From positions 1 through 26,907 of the IMG/VR virus record IMGVR_UViG_3300008952_002394: 26,907 nt of DNA; one strand, given 5' to 3'. The stretch's first letter is position 1. Each line of letters starts with the position of its first letter. Source of the stretch: a virus. Lineage: Duplodnaviria > Caudoviricetes. The notes under the pieces were generated by a model, which was not told the DNA's origin, did no database searches, and saw only the letters and a program-made list of their open reading frames with translations. This document shows positions 17,688 to 26,031 of this stretch, piece after piece. The position numbers were made by a program, and so were the translations under genes.

Positions 17688-18434
17688 TCAATACTCCACA
17701 AAATTTTTCTTACAAAATTCCAATGCCTGTTCCACACTTTCAACCTCATACGTTCCTTGATTAATTCTCGGGTCTGCGTGCATATGATAAATGCGGGGGG
17801 TCAAATGTTCATCTCCAAACTCATCATGCATTAGCCGGTTCTTCTCTCGATTGGCTTTACTTCGGATATTGTATTCAACTGGAAATACATACAACTTTAA
17901 ATCATCTTCTAATGTGGTCTGCCACAAAGAAACCCGAAATGACGGCTGATCCCAAGGCACAATATCATACCACTTATAGAAATTTTCACGCCAACGCTCC
18001 CAAAGGAGGTCCGTCTTCTCATTCTTCTTAAATGCAATGACGCCCGTATTCAACTCCGAAAATGAATAAGGAATTTCACCATATTCGGGTATCGTGTCAG
18101 AATACTTCTTTCGCTTTCTGGCCAAATCATGAGCCAGGGCAATATCAAAATTATCAAGAATATCAAACATATCACCGATGTCATAATCAATAATCGTATC
18201 CGTATCCAAAAACAAAGTTCTCTCATACGGGGCGTGCATTATATAATCAATCTTAGGTCTTAGATGATTTACTTCAATTATTCTACACTCATCAATAAAT
18301 TCAGAGTCAACAGGCTTATCTGAAAATACTGTAATATGCAAATCAGGACAAAATCGCTTAACCGACTCGGCAGATAACGTAAGTTCCTTTAAAAAATTAT
18401 CACCAAACGCAATATATAAAACTCCTTGACTCAT
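17688..18434 (-). CDS. GT-A nucleotide-diphospho-sugar transferase (GT8/GT77-like)
   Basis: GVLYIA, PYERTLFLDTDT (DxD), ELNTGVI, WDQPSFR, EYN and IYH. Confidence 0.82.
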   Translation of the reverse strand: MSQGVLYIAFGDNFLKELTLSAESVKRFCPDLHITVFSDKPVDSEFIDECRIIEVNHLRPKIDYIMHAPYERTLFLDTDTIIDYDIGDMFDILDNFDIALAHDLARKRKKYSDTIPEYGEIPYSFSELNTGVIAFKKNEKTDLLWERWRENFYKWYDIVPWDQPSFRVSLWQTTLEDDLKLYVFPVEYNIRSKANREKNRLMHDEFGDEHLTPRIYHMHADPRINQGTYEVESVEQALEFCKKNFVEY

Positions 18435-18435
18435 T

Positions 18436-19398
18436 TTATATCTCCTCTATTTCCCTATAAAGTTTTCGAGCCCAATCGTGAGGGTCATATAATCTATCAA
18501 ATTCTTTCTTTGCATTATCAGCAATTTCCTGCCTCGTCCTATAGTTAGTCAACTTCAAAAGTGCCTTGTACCACCCAGCCTTGTCGGCAACCAAAAAACC
18601 ACAATCTGGATTTCCCATAACATGAAAATGGCTTGGAGTAATGTCAGCAACCACAGGAATCCCTAACTGATGAAATACAAATGCACGGCCGGCGTTTGAT
18701 TTATTTTTAAACCTCATACTATAGTCCGTATCAAATAATCCCTGATTTGGTGCCTCTGAATCTACCCCGCTAATTACTGCGTTCGGAACTACGCCAATAT
18801 CACAAGACAATAAGGAATCTGCAATTGTATCAAAATTCCATTGTGTTCCAATAACATTTGCATTTGGAAGAAATGTATTATTAATCGGGCCAGACGAGGC
18901 AACTAAAAATTCTACAGAAATTTGTTTTGATAACTCTTCAATGGCTGCATTCATTCCCAGTACAAATTTAGAAATATGTGGCGGATGGCCATGAAACCCT
19001 ATTCTTAACGTGTCTGCCTGTTGATGATTCTTATATAAAGAAGAATCAATATACATTTTCTCAATCAAAGGAAACAAAAACACATTATCATAATACGAAA
19101 GACTTGCCTGTTCTTCAATAGAACCAACAATTATAAAATCAACATCAATATTGACATCAGCGCGATGATTAATAACACCAATCTTTTTATTTGAATAAGA
19201 CTTTTTAATTTTTGATGCCAACACATAATCAGACTTTCCAAAAATAACAACATCAAAATTAGTAAGATCGGGAAGGTCGCGAATTGCAACTTTAGAAGAA
19301 ACTCCAACATCATTAAAATAATCATTCAAATCCCGAACCCAAATTCTATACGACCCCGCAGAAATATCATCATGACTAGAATAAAACAGAATATTCAT
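18436..19398 (-). CDS. Putative GT-B glycosyltransferase
   Basis: SAGSYRI, IGFHG, CDIGVVP, KSNAGR...LGIPVVAD and GFL. Confidence 0.7.
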   Translation of the reverse strand: MNILFYSSHDDISAGSYRIWVRDLNDYFNDVGVSSKVAIRDLPDLTNFDVVIFGKSDYVLASKIKKSYSNKKIGVINHRADVNIDVDFIIVGSIEEQASLSYYDNVFLFPLIEKMYIDSSLYKNHQQADTLRIGFHGHPPHISKFVLGMNAAIEELSKQISVEFLVASSGPINNTFLPNANVIGTQWNFDTIADSLLSCDIGVVPNAVISGVDSEAPNQGLFDTDYSMRFKNKSNAGRAFVFHQLGIPVVADITPSHFHVMGNPDCGFLVADKAGWYKALLKLTNYRTRQEIADNAKKEFDRLYDPHDWARKLYREIEEI

Positions 19399-20051
19399 TC
19401 AATCCTCCCAAACACGGCAACCTGATGATTGGGTTGGCCACTGGCTGCATTTCCTACCCGATATATATAATGGTCGGGTATCTGTTCACAGATTTCATCT
19501 ATATCAAAAGAACACCCAAACCGTTCATCATAGTCATCAAAAATCCAAATAGGATCATCGGACTGAAATTCCTTTAGTCGTTCCACATCCTGCAATACCC
19601 AGCCACGTTCATGCCAGCCGTCGATATAAAACATATCAATTTTTTCGCCAGAAAACTTAATTGTCTCTGCCATCTGTTCACTCGTTCCAGAAACAAAATC
19701 TGTTACGTCTGAATATTTTTGAGCATAATCCTTATCTCGTACATCACGAATATCACAACTCCAGACAAATCCATCAACCTTGGCTGCATAGTGAGCAAAC
19801 GTATAAAATTGCCAGCCCTGGGCGGTGCCTACCTCTGCAATGTTCTTTGCACCAAACTGCTCTGCAATGGACACCAAATAATATCCTCTGCGTGATAGTT
19901 CCGACAGACACTTGGCTAATTCATCTTGTGACAAATCATGAGTTCGGCCTTTCTCTTCCTGAATAGGAAGATTAATATCATTCCATATTCTCTGATATTC
20001 TTCAGGAACCTCTAGCTCATCAATATCGCATATCAATTCACTTCTCTGCAT
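19395..20051 (-). CDS. Class I SAM-dependent methyltransferase (Methyltransf_24-like)
   Basis: IAEVGTAQG, WSCDI, GTS, IDMFYIDGWH and IFDDY. Confidence 0.85.
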   Translation of the reverse strand: MQRSELICDIDELEVPEEYQRIWNDINLPIQEEKGRTHDLSQDELAKCLSELSRRGYYLVSIAEQFGAKNIAEVGTAQGWQFYTFAHYAAKVDGFVWSCDIRDVRDKDYAQKYSDVTDFVSGTSEQMAETIKFSGEKIDMFYIDGWHERGWVLQDVERLKEFQSDDPIWIFDDYDERFGCSFDIDEICEQIPDHYIYRVGNAASGQPNHQVAVFGRIE

Positions 20052-20643
20052 CTTCTTGTTTCCTCTTCTTTACCAAAATCTCCCAATTCATTCCGGCAAA
20101 ATTTCTCGGCATTCCTGTATTGACAAATACATCTGAACCTTTAAATAAAGGTATAATATCACCATCAACCGAATCTATTTCATTCTCTGCATAGGCGTCA
20201 ATTTCCTGCTGTACCTGCATCTGTAAAAGAAAGAATCCACCGGGAATCAAAACTCGTTCTATCTCAGAAACCATCTTATCTGGATGCAATGAATGGTCAA
20301 AAACATTCGTAAATACAAAATCAAAAGACGCATCATCAAAATCTAAATTATGCATGTCTCCCAAAATCACATGAGGTTCATTTGGAACAAGATCAATTCC
20401 AATTGCATCAATCCCCAAATCTATCATTGAAACCACTTCTTGGCCTGTGCGGGCACCAATACAAAGAGCCTTCATCCCCGGCTTTAATATGTCTTTACAC
20501 CTTTGAAAAATCTCGGTGAATCCATTTAATTTTAATTCCCACTCTTCCCCCAACCACTTCTTTCGCCTCACCGGGTCCAAAGTTTTCTCTTTTTGATGCT
20601 CCACATAATCATCATAGGTTTCATAATCTTTTAACATTCTCAT
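20038..20643 (-). CDS. Class I SAM-dependent methyltransferase (Methyltransf_11-like)
   Basis: ALCIGARTGQEV, GIDL, GDMHNLDFDDASFDFVFTNVFDH and EIERVLIPGG. Confidence 0.9.
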   Translation of the reverse strand: MRMLKDYETYDDYVEHQKEKTLDPVRRKKWLGEEWELKLNGFTEIFQRCKDILKPGMKALCIGARTGQEVVSMIDLGIDAIGIDLVPNEPHVILGDMHNLDFDDASFDFVFTNVFDHSLHPDKMVSEIERVLIPGGFFLLQMQVQQEIDAYAENEIDSVDGDIIPLFKGSDVFVNTGMPRNFAGMNWEILVKKRKQEDAEK

Positions 20644-21557
20644 TTTATTTGCTTCTCCAAAAACTCCAAATACCTATCTGCCACAAAATTTATTGACAAG
20701 TCCACTTCATAATGACCGTTCATACTTCGTGAAAAATCCAAAGTAGTCGGAACATTATAGTCCCATGCATCATATCCATGCTCATTTTCGTCAACAATAA
20801 TAATTGCATCTTTTCCTGCAATCTCTGGAGTTCCCCCAGAGCCAGAACATACAATTCTACACCCAGAGGATTTTGCATCCACCACAACGTTTGGGCAATG
20901 GTCTTGCGCTGCAAGATGAACAAACCAATCTGCCTTTTTATAAAGAGAAATTAATTTATGAACCGCCAAATTTCCAAGAAAAACAATTTTCTGTGGATCT
21001 GGATTATCTATATTTCCAACATCTCCGGCAACACAAAGAAGATCCTTTTCTCCAGAATGTTCCTGAAAATATCTAAGATTTTCATTCAATCGTTTGTTAT
21101 GTCTCGGCGTTCCATCCCCATTGTTCCAATCTGACGCACAACACCAAATAGATTCATATGCATCCAAACCAGTTGCTTCTGGAATATTTTCAATATTATT
21201 CATGTCTGCACCATTATGAATTATTTCATATCTATTAGGTTCTCCAAAATGATGAATGATAAAATCTCGATCAAACTTAGACTGAAAAACAACTCCGTCT
21301 GCGACATCATATGTTTTTTTAATCTGTTCATTCATTGCCTTGTAATTTGTTTTGGTGTTATACCAAATCCCATCAAGACGCTGAACCAAAGGAACCCCAT
21401 CCATTTGCTGTGTCATTTCAACAAATGCCAATTGAACATCTGGATTATCGTGTGTAATCTCGTGGCCCTTTTTTGACATTGCAACCGCCAGTTTTGCGGC
21501 AAACCAATGCGGCCCGGCAGAAGAATTCCAATCAACATGGTCAAAGAAAATTTTCAT
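20640..21557 (-). CDS. GT-B (GT4-like) glycosyltransferase
   Basis: QRLDG, ADGVVFQSKF, IIHNG, VFLG and ADWFVHLA..DHCPNVVVDA..SG...GGTPEI. Confidence 0.87.
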   Translation of the reverse strand: MKIFFDHVDWNSSAGPHWFAAKLAVAMSKKGHEITHDNPDVQLAFVEMTQQMDGVPLVQRLDGIWYNTKTNYKAMNEQIKKTYDVADGVVFQSKFDRDFIIHHFGEPNRYEIIHNGADMNNIENIPEATGLDAYESIWCCASDWNNGDGTPRHNKRLNENLRYFQEHSGEKDLLCVAGDVGNIDNPDPQKIVFLGNLAVHKLISLYKKADWFVHLAAQDHCPNVVVDAKSSGCRIVCSGSGGTPEIAGKDAIIIVDENEHGYDAWDYNVPTTLDFSRSMNGHYEVDLSINFVADRYLEFLEKQIK

Positions 21558-21558
21558 T

Positions 21559-22326
21559 TTATATTACCCCAATCAAAGATTCTTTTTTGGCATGATTGGC
21601 TCGAATCTCTTCGGACACTTCAATTTGTTTTTGTCTATCTATCTTATGCACATTAATAGGATTATCATCATTATATACATAAAGAGTTTCCGGCACAAAA
21701 TGAACCTTTTCACACGCCATTTCCATCAGCGGAAACATTACAGCCTGATCCCAAGCCATCTGATAATAATTTCCGCCCTTATCGAGAAAATCTGATTCTT
21801 CTAATCGTTTTGCAATCTTATATTTAAACGAGCGGAGATGACTTGCTCTCCATTGTAAATCTTTTCGGAAGTCTCCAGACTCTCTAATCTCCAGAGGATA
21901 TTCAGACACATGAAAAGAAGAATCCCAACCATCTGGATACCTCATATAACTTCCGTATGTCAACCAGCAATCTTCTTCTTCATAAATTTCATCCAATCGA
22001 GGGAGAACCTTGTCGCCGCTCAACCAATCATCACCGTCAAGACATACAATCACATCTTCATCCTCGGCATTCATTTCCTGAATCATCATATGTATATTAT
22101 ACAGCGCATATTTTCGTTCTGCATTTTCATAAAGAACAAAATATTCCTGGGCTTCGTTATCAGAAATGAAATCACGAACTATTTCTGAAGTCTTATCCTG
22201 AGAACAATCGTTGGTAATAATACACTCAAAGTCATCATAATCTTGATTCATGACACTTATCAATGCATTCTCAATCCAATCTTCTACATTATATGCCGGA
22301 ATGATAATTTTAAAATGCGTATTCAT
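21559..22326 (-). CDS. GT2-family glycosyltransferase
   Basis: IIIPAYN, SVMNQDY, NDCSQD, CLDGDDWL, HLRSF and LYVYN. Confidence 0.92.
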   Translation of the reverse strand: MNTHFKIIIPAYNVEDWIENALISVMNQDYDDFECIITNDCSQDKTSEIVRDFISDNEAQEYFVLYENAERKYALYNIHMMIQEMNAEDEDVIVCLDGDDWLSGDKVLPRLDEIYEEEDCWLTYGSYMRYPDGWDSSFHVSEYPLEIRESGDFRKDLQWRASHLRSFKYKIAKRLEESDFLDKGGNYYQMAWDQAVMFPLMEMACEKVHFVPETLYVYNDDNPINVHKIDRQKQIEVSEEIRANHAKKESLIGVI

Positions 22327-23243
22327 GACAAATCATTTTCCTTTAAATATTCAACTTTTTGATCTATGCTCCATACCTGTGGCATTGTTACATAGGGCAA
22401 ATGTTGTCTCGTAATTCCTTCAAGAACCTTATATTTTTCCTTTGTTGATTCCGACAAAACAAGCCCATCAGTATCGAACGGCCAACCCAACTCAGAGTCA
22501 AATTTATGATCCCCCTGAGTAATACTGTCTCCCGTACAATCGTAAATATATATGTCATTACAATCTGTGCTGACAAAAACAAGTTCTTTGTTCATATGAG
22601 CAATAATTCCATTCAAAAGAAAGAAATAATCGTCCACACGATTCGGACCTTCAAGACATTTCAGAGTTTCATTTCCGGCGGCTTTGTTAGAAAGGCATAA
22701 TGTTATCTCTCCCCCCGGAATTCGTTTTCCTTCATTTATCCAAAACAAATAGGGATATACAGAAACCCGAAGGTCGCCAAAAGTCCAAACCCAGCGGCCT
22801 TCTTTGTAAGATACTTCCGGGCGTTGGTCGTTTGGTGGCGTGGTTCTCAAGGAATCTGGATGGAATGCCATGCCGCTCAGGAAATCAAAATTTGACTTTT
22901 CATGTATCTGATTTATCAAATCAAATGCCATTGGGTAATAGTAATCATCCCCATCAATAATACACATATGAGAGAATTCAGAAATCAACGAGTTCCGATA
23001 ATACTCAAGAACAGAGTTGGTTCCCTTCCCCGTGTATCCATCGCTCTCGGTTTCTACGACAGAATAATCATCCCCAAACCATTCCTTCACTTTCGGAAAA
23101 TAGGTTTCGTCCGTAGAGTTCACAACGATAATAGGCTCAAAGTCAATACCCTCCTGTTGTTCAATAGACCACAGACACCTATCAAGTTGTTCTCGATTAT
23201 GATTATGATATGTCAGAATAAATACTGCAAGTCGATCAATCAT
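22323..23243 (-). CDS. GT-A (GT2-like) glycosyltransferase
   Basis: VFILT, RCLWSIEQQ, IIVVNS, ESDG..GKG.NS, IDGDDYYYP and VDD. Confidence 0.75.
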   Translation of the reverse strand: MIDRLAVFILTYHNHNREQLDRCLWSIEQQEGIDFEPIIVVNSTDETYFPKVKEWFGDDYSVVETESDGYTGKGTNSVLEYYRNSLISEFSHMCIIDGDDYYYPMAFDLINQIHEKSNFDFLSGMAFHPDSLRTTPPNDQRPEVSYKEGRWVWTFGDLRVSVYPYLFWINEGKRIPGGEITLCLSNKAAGNETLKCLEGPNRVDDYFFLLNGIIAHMNKELVFVSTDCNDIYIYDCTGDSITQGDHKFDSELGWPFDTDGLVLSESTKEKYKVLEGITRQHLPYVTMPQVWSIDQKVEYLKENDLS

Positions 23244-24145
23244 TACAATCCAATCTTTTCCTTATAGACATCAATCCAATCTTTGAGGTCTACTGTAGGT
23301 TCCCACCCCAAGCCTCTTTTGGCGGCACTATTGTCTGCAATAGAGCGATAGGGTTCTTTTGCAGGAACAACATTAATTCTCTCGCCACCAATCATATCGG
23401 CAACATCATTCACAGAAGTTCCAATTCCTGTTCCAATATTATATACCCCGGCATCAATATTACCATATTCTGCCGCGAGCATATTTGCATTGACTACATC
23501 CCCAACATGGACATAATCTCTACGCTGTTCGCCAGTTCCTCGAATGGTCATCATATGGCCCTCAAGACGCTGCCTTGCAAACACAGAAATTACCGGGCAA
23601 TATGTTCCGTCTGTCGGCTGGCGCTCTCCATAGACATTGAAATATCTCAAAGAAATCACATTAAGACGATACACCTCATTGAACATCTTACAATGCAATT
23701 CTCCCATGAGTTTTCCATACCCATATGGACTTATGGGCTTTGGGTAAGAACTAACTTCCGACAACCTATAGGTGTCGCCGTTTCCGTAGACAGCAGAAGA
23801 AGAACTAAACACAACTCTCCCTACTCCAGACCGCCGAGAAACATCAAGAACATTAAACAGCCCTCTCACATTTGTTTCATCATATTCCAATGGATTTTCA
23901 ATTGACTCCAAAACATTTGTCTTGGCAGCCATGTGATAAACCACATCAACGCCCCGGAACAAATCAATGTAATCCAGAAGAGAATCGCATACATCCACAT
24001 GATGAAACTCGGCACTCTTGTTTCCATATTCCACGCGACCCGTTGACATATTGTCCAACACGACAACTGAATGGCCATCATCAATCAAACAATCAACCAA
24101 ATTACTTCCAATAAATCCCATACCACCTGTTACAATTGCTCTCAT
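23243..24145 (-). CDS. NAD-dependent nucleotide-sugar epimerase/dehydratase (GalE/WbpP-like SDR)
   Basis: VTGGMGFIGSNL, HMAA, SSSSAVYG, SPYGYGK, LRYFNVYG, RDYVHV and NIGTG. Confidence 0.93.
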   Translation of the reverse strand: MRAIVTGGMGFIGSNLVDCLIDDGHSVVVLDNMSTGRVEYGNKSAEFHHVDVCDSLLDYIDLFRGVDVVYHMAAKTNVLESIENPLEYDETNVRGLFNVLDVSRRSGVGRVVFSSSSAVYGNGDTYRLSEVSSYPKPISPYGYGKLMGELHCKMFNEVYRLNVISLRYFNVYGERQPTDGTYCPVISVFARQRLEGHMMTIRGTGEQRRDYVHVGDVVNANMLAAEYGNIDAGVYNIGTGIGTSVNDVADMIGGERINVVPAKEPYRSIADNSAAKRGLGWEPTVDLKDWIDVYKEKIGL

Positions 24146-24155
24146 TTCAAATTCC

Positions 24156-24680
24156 CTATATCAAAATATAATTAACAATAATTCTCCAATATGGAGTCTT
24201 TACTCTTGGGCCTAATCCATTATGCAATTGATTACTCTTAATCAAAATAAAACTACCAGGAGAATGATTAACCTTCTCATCATTGCAATAAAACTCCCCT
24301 CCCCACGAATCTTCCCAGACAGGGCTTAACATTCCAATCAATGACATTGCCTTCGGGTTGTCTATATCTATGTGAAATTCTGCATTGGCATTTTCCTGCT
24401 TTGCAACCAAATGAATTCTCAATAAATTTTCAGGCAACCCAAATCCGTACTGGTCTTTACATTTATTATCTATATCTGGTAACAAAGATTCAAAATAATT
24501 CAACCAATGAGAACTAATAACATCATCACCATTTAATATATTCATGCCCGGAAAGGTTCCGGCTGTGATATCTCCTCTATTACTTCCGCGAGACAAATAC
24601 CAAGAAGGTTCATTGATTAATTTATTATAGACACCAATAAGTTTTTCTTTCTCAATGACATCCTTAATCACCCACATCAC
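24156..24680 (-). CDS. 2OG-Fe(II) oxygenase
   Basis: FHID (HxD), WEDSWGGEF, LHNG (distal His) and WR (2OG-binding Arg). Confidence 0.82.
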   Translation of the reverse strand: MMWVIKDVIEKEKLIGVYNKLINEPSWYLSRGSNRGDITAGTFPGMNILNGDDVISSHWLNYFESLLPDIDNKCKDQYGFGLPENLLRIHLVAKQENANAEFHIDIDNPKAMSLIGMLSPVWEDSWGGEFYCNDEKVNHSPGSFILIKSNQLHNGLGPRVKTPYWRIIVNYILI

Positions 24681-25645
24681 TAATCCCTGAGACTCGTCAA
24701 AAGACTATTCCACTTATTCATACACATATCCATGCTATAAAAATAATTATAATGAACTGTCTGTAAATCCAATATTCCCTGGGTTGTGTCCGTCCAAAAA
24801 TTATTCAAGGCATGACAAAGATAATGATAATGTGACGCCGCATGTTCTTGAATTGACGGATGCCATTGATACATATAGGAAAAATCTTTACAGGTTTCGG
24901 CCAGGGCAGCATAGTTAGGAACAACTGCAAGACACCCGGCAGCCATTGCTTCGATGGCAACAAGGCAAGAAGTTTCCCTATAATTAGATGGATATGCAAG
25001 AATATGAGTCTCAGTCAATGCCTTTCGGATCTCGTCATTGGAAACTGACCCATGCATAGTTACGCTTTTAAGTTCATCGAGTCTTCCATAAAGATCCTGA
25101 AACTCCGGCAATTCATCCTGTTCATCTCTCCCGTAAATTTTAAAACTAGAATATACATCAACCTCAAAATCATTTCTCGAATCTTCCATAAATCGAACAA
25201 CAGATTCAAGAATATTCAATCCACGATGAGGAGTTGAAAAATAAATAATTTTCTTCTGGTCTGTCTTTGGCTTTTCGTGTAATGGAATTGGTTCAATACA
25301 ATTCGGAATAACAATAGAATCCTCGTAAGGAACCCCCAATTTTTGATGAAAATCCCACATGGCCCAATTAGTCGGAAAAACAAATTTAGAATATTGCTTT
25401 CTTGATTCAGGATCTTTTAGATGTTGCGACTCAGGGTCTTCAGGAAGATCTTCCAGCCAAAGAATTTTCTTTTTATCATTATCCAAATGATGGTCACGAA
25501 CCCTTTGCATGATGATAACGAATTCATCTTTAATCTCATCATCAAGACGATCCAACACACGATTGTAAATTAATTCACTTCCTCCCTTAGCTTCTCTCTC
25601 TTCGGGTGGAGCAATTTTAAGTTCAAATTCATTGTCATCAGACAT
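24680..25645 (-). CDS. GT-B glycosyltransferase (phage-type), first gene of the island
   Basis: GGSE, ILWLEDLPEDPE, VIPN, IYFSTPHRGL and YPSNYRETSCLVAIEAMAAG (EX7E). ATG 25645 has a GGAGA RBS. Confidence 0.9.
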   Translation of the reverse strand: MSDDNEFELKIAPPEEREAKGGSELIYNRVLDRLDDEIKDEFVIIMQRVRDHHLDNDKKKILWLEDLPEDPESQHLKDPESRKQYSKFVFPTNWAMWDFHQKLGVPYEDSIVIPNCIEPIPLHEKPKTDQKKIIYFSTPHRGLNILESVVRFMEDSRNDFEVDVYSSFKIYGRDEQDELPEFQDLYGRLDELKSVTMHGSVSNDEIRKALTETHILAYPSNYRETSCLVAIEAMAAGCLAVVPNYAALAETCKDFSYMYQWHPSIQEHAASHYHYLCHALNNFWTDTTQGILDLQTVHYNYFYSMDMCMNKWNSLLTSLRD

Positions 25646-25661
25646 AATTTTTCTCCAAATC

Positions 25662-25706
25662 AAAAAACACGAATTGGGAGGAGGCTCGAAAGCCCCCTCC
25701 CAATTC
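25662..25706 (-). terminator. Rho-independent terminator with UUCG loop
   Basis: Minus strand GAATTGGGAGGGGGCT-TTCG-AGCCTCCTCCCAATTC (16-bp stem with one G:U) followed by GTGTTTTTTG, just downstream of the HTH gene stop at 25725. Confidence 0.9.
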
Positions 25707-25724
25707 AGTTTGGTTTACCTAAGA

Positions 25725-25943
25725 CTAGGCACGGACGATGCCGTACTTGGTGGAACCATTCTTGGCAGTATCCTTGGTGACTTCCCAGTTACCATAGGCT
25801 TCTACCGTGTCCCGAATCGTGGACATGGTGGCACTCATGTTCTTGATACCGAACCGAGCCTCTGCCTGTGCTGGCGTGAGGGTCCGTCCCTCTGCCAAAT
25901 AGTCCACAACCTTGCGTGTCTTAGAGTTTGTTGCAAATGCCAT
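25725..25943 (-). CDS. Small winged helix-turn-helix DNA-binding protein
   Basis: KVVDYLAEGRTLTPAQAEARFGIKNMSATMSTIR followed by a beta-wing ending KYGI. GGAGA RBS, GC-rich codons and its own terminator. Confidence 0.75.
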   Translation of the reverse strand: MAFATNSKTRKVVDYLAEGRTLTPAQAEARFGIKNMSATMSTIRDTVEAYGNWEVTKDTAKNGSTKYGIVRA

Positions 25944-26031
25944 ATTAGTGTTTCTCCATTACGTTGGCTTTCAAAAAGGTACGCAAATATGCCAACACTA
26001 CTCACGCACCATACTAAATGATTACTCTATA

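Noticed and set aside
2848-25645. Ordinary bacterial O-antigen or capsule locus
   Set aside because: No wzx, wzy, wzm/wzt or initiating transferase is present, and the flanks are phage-type (stand-alone T4-like rnh, small hypothetical genes). A cellular origin is not fully excluded without more contig.
1015-26021. The many 60-132 aa plus-strand ORFs and nested minus-strand alternative-frame ORFs in the track
   Set aside because: They lie antisense to or inside well-supported minus-strand genes and show no recognisable motifs, so they are treated as shadow ORFs.
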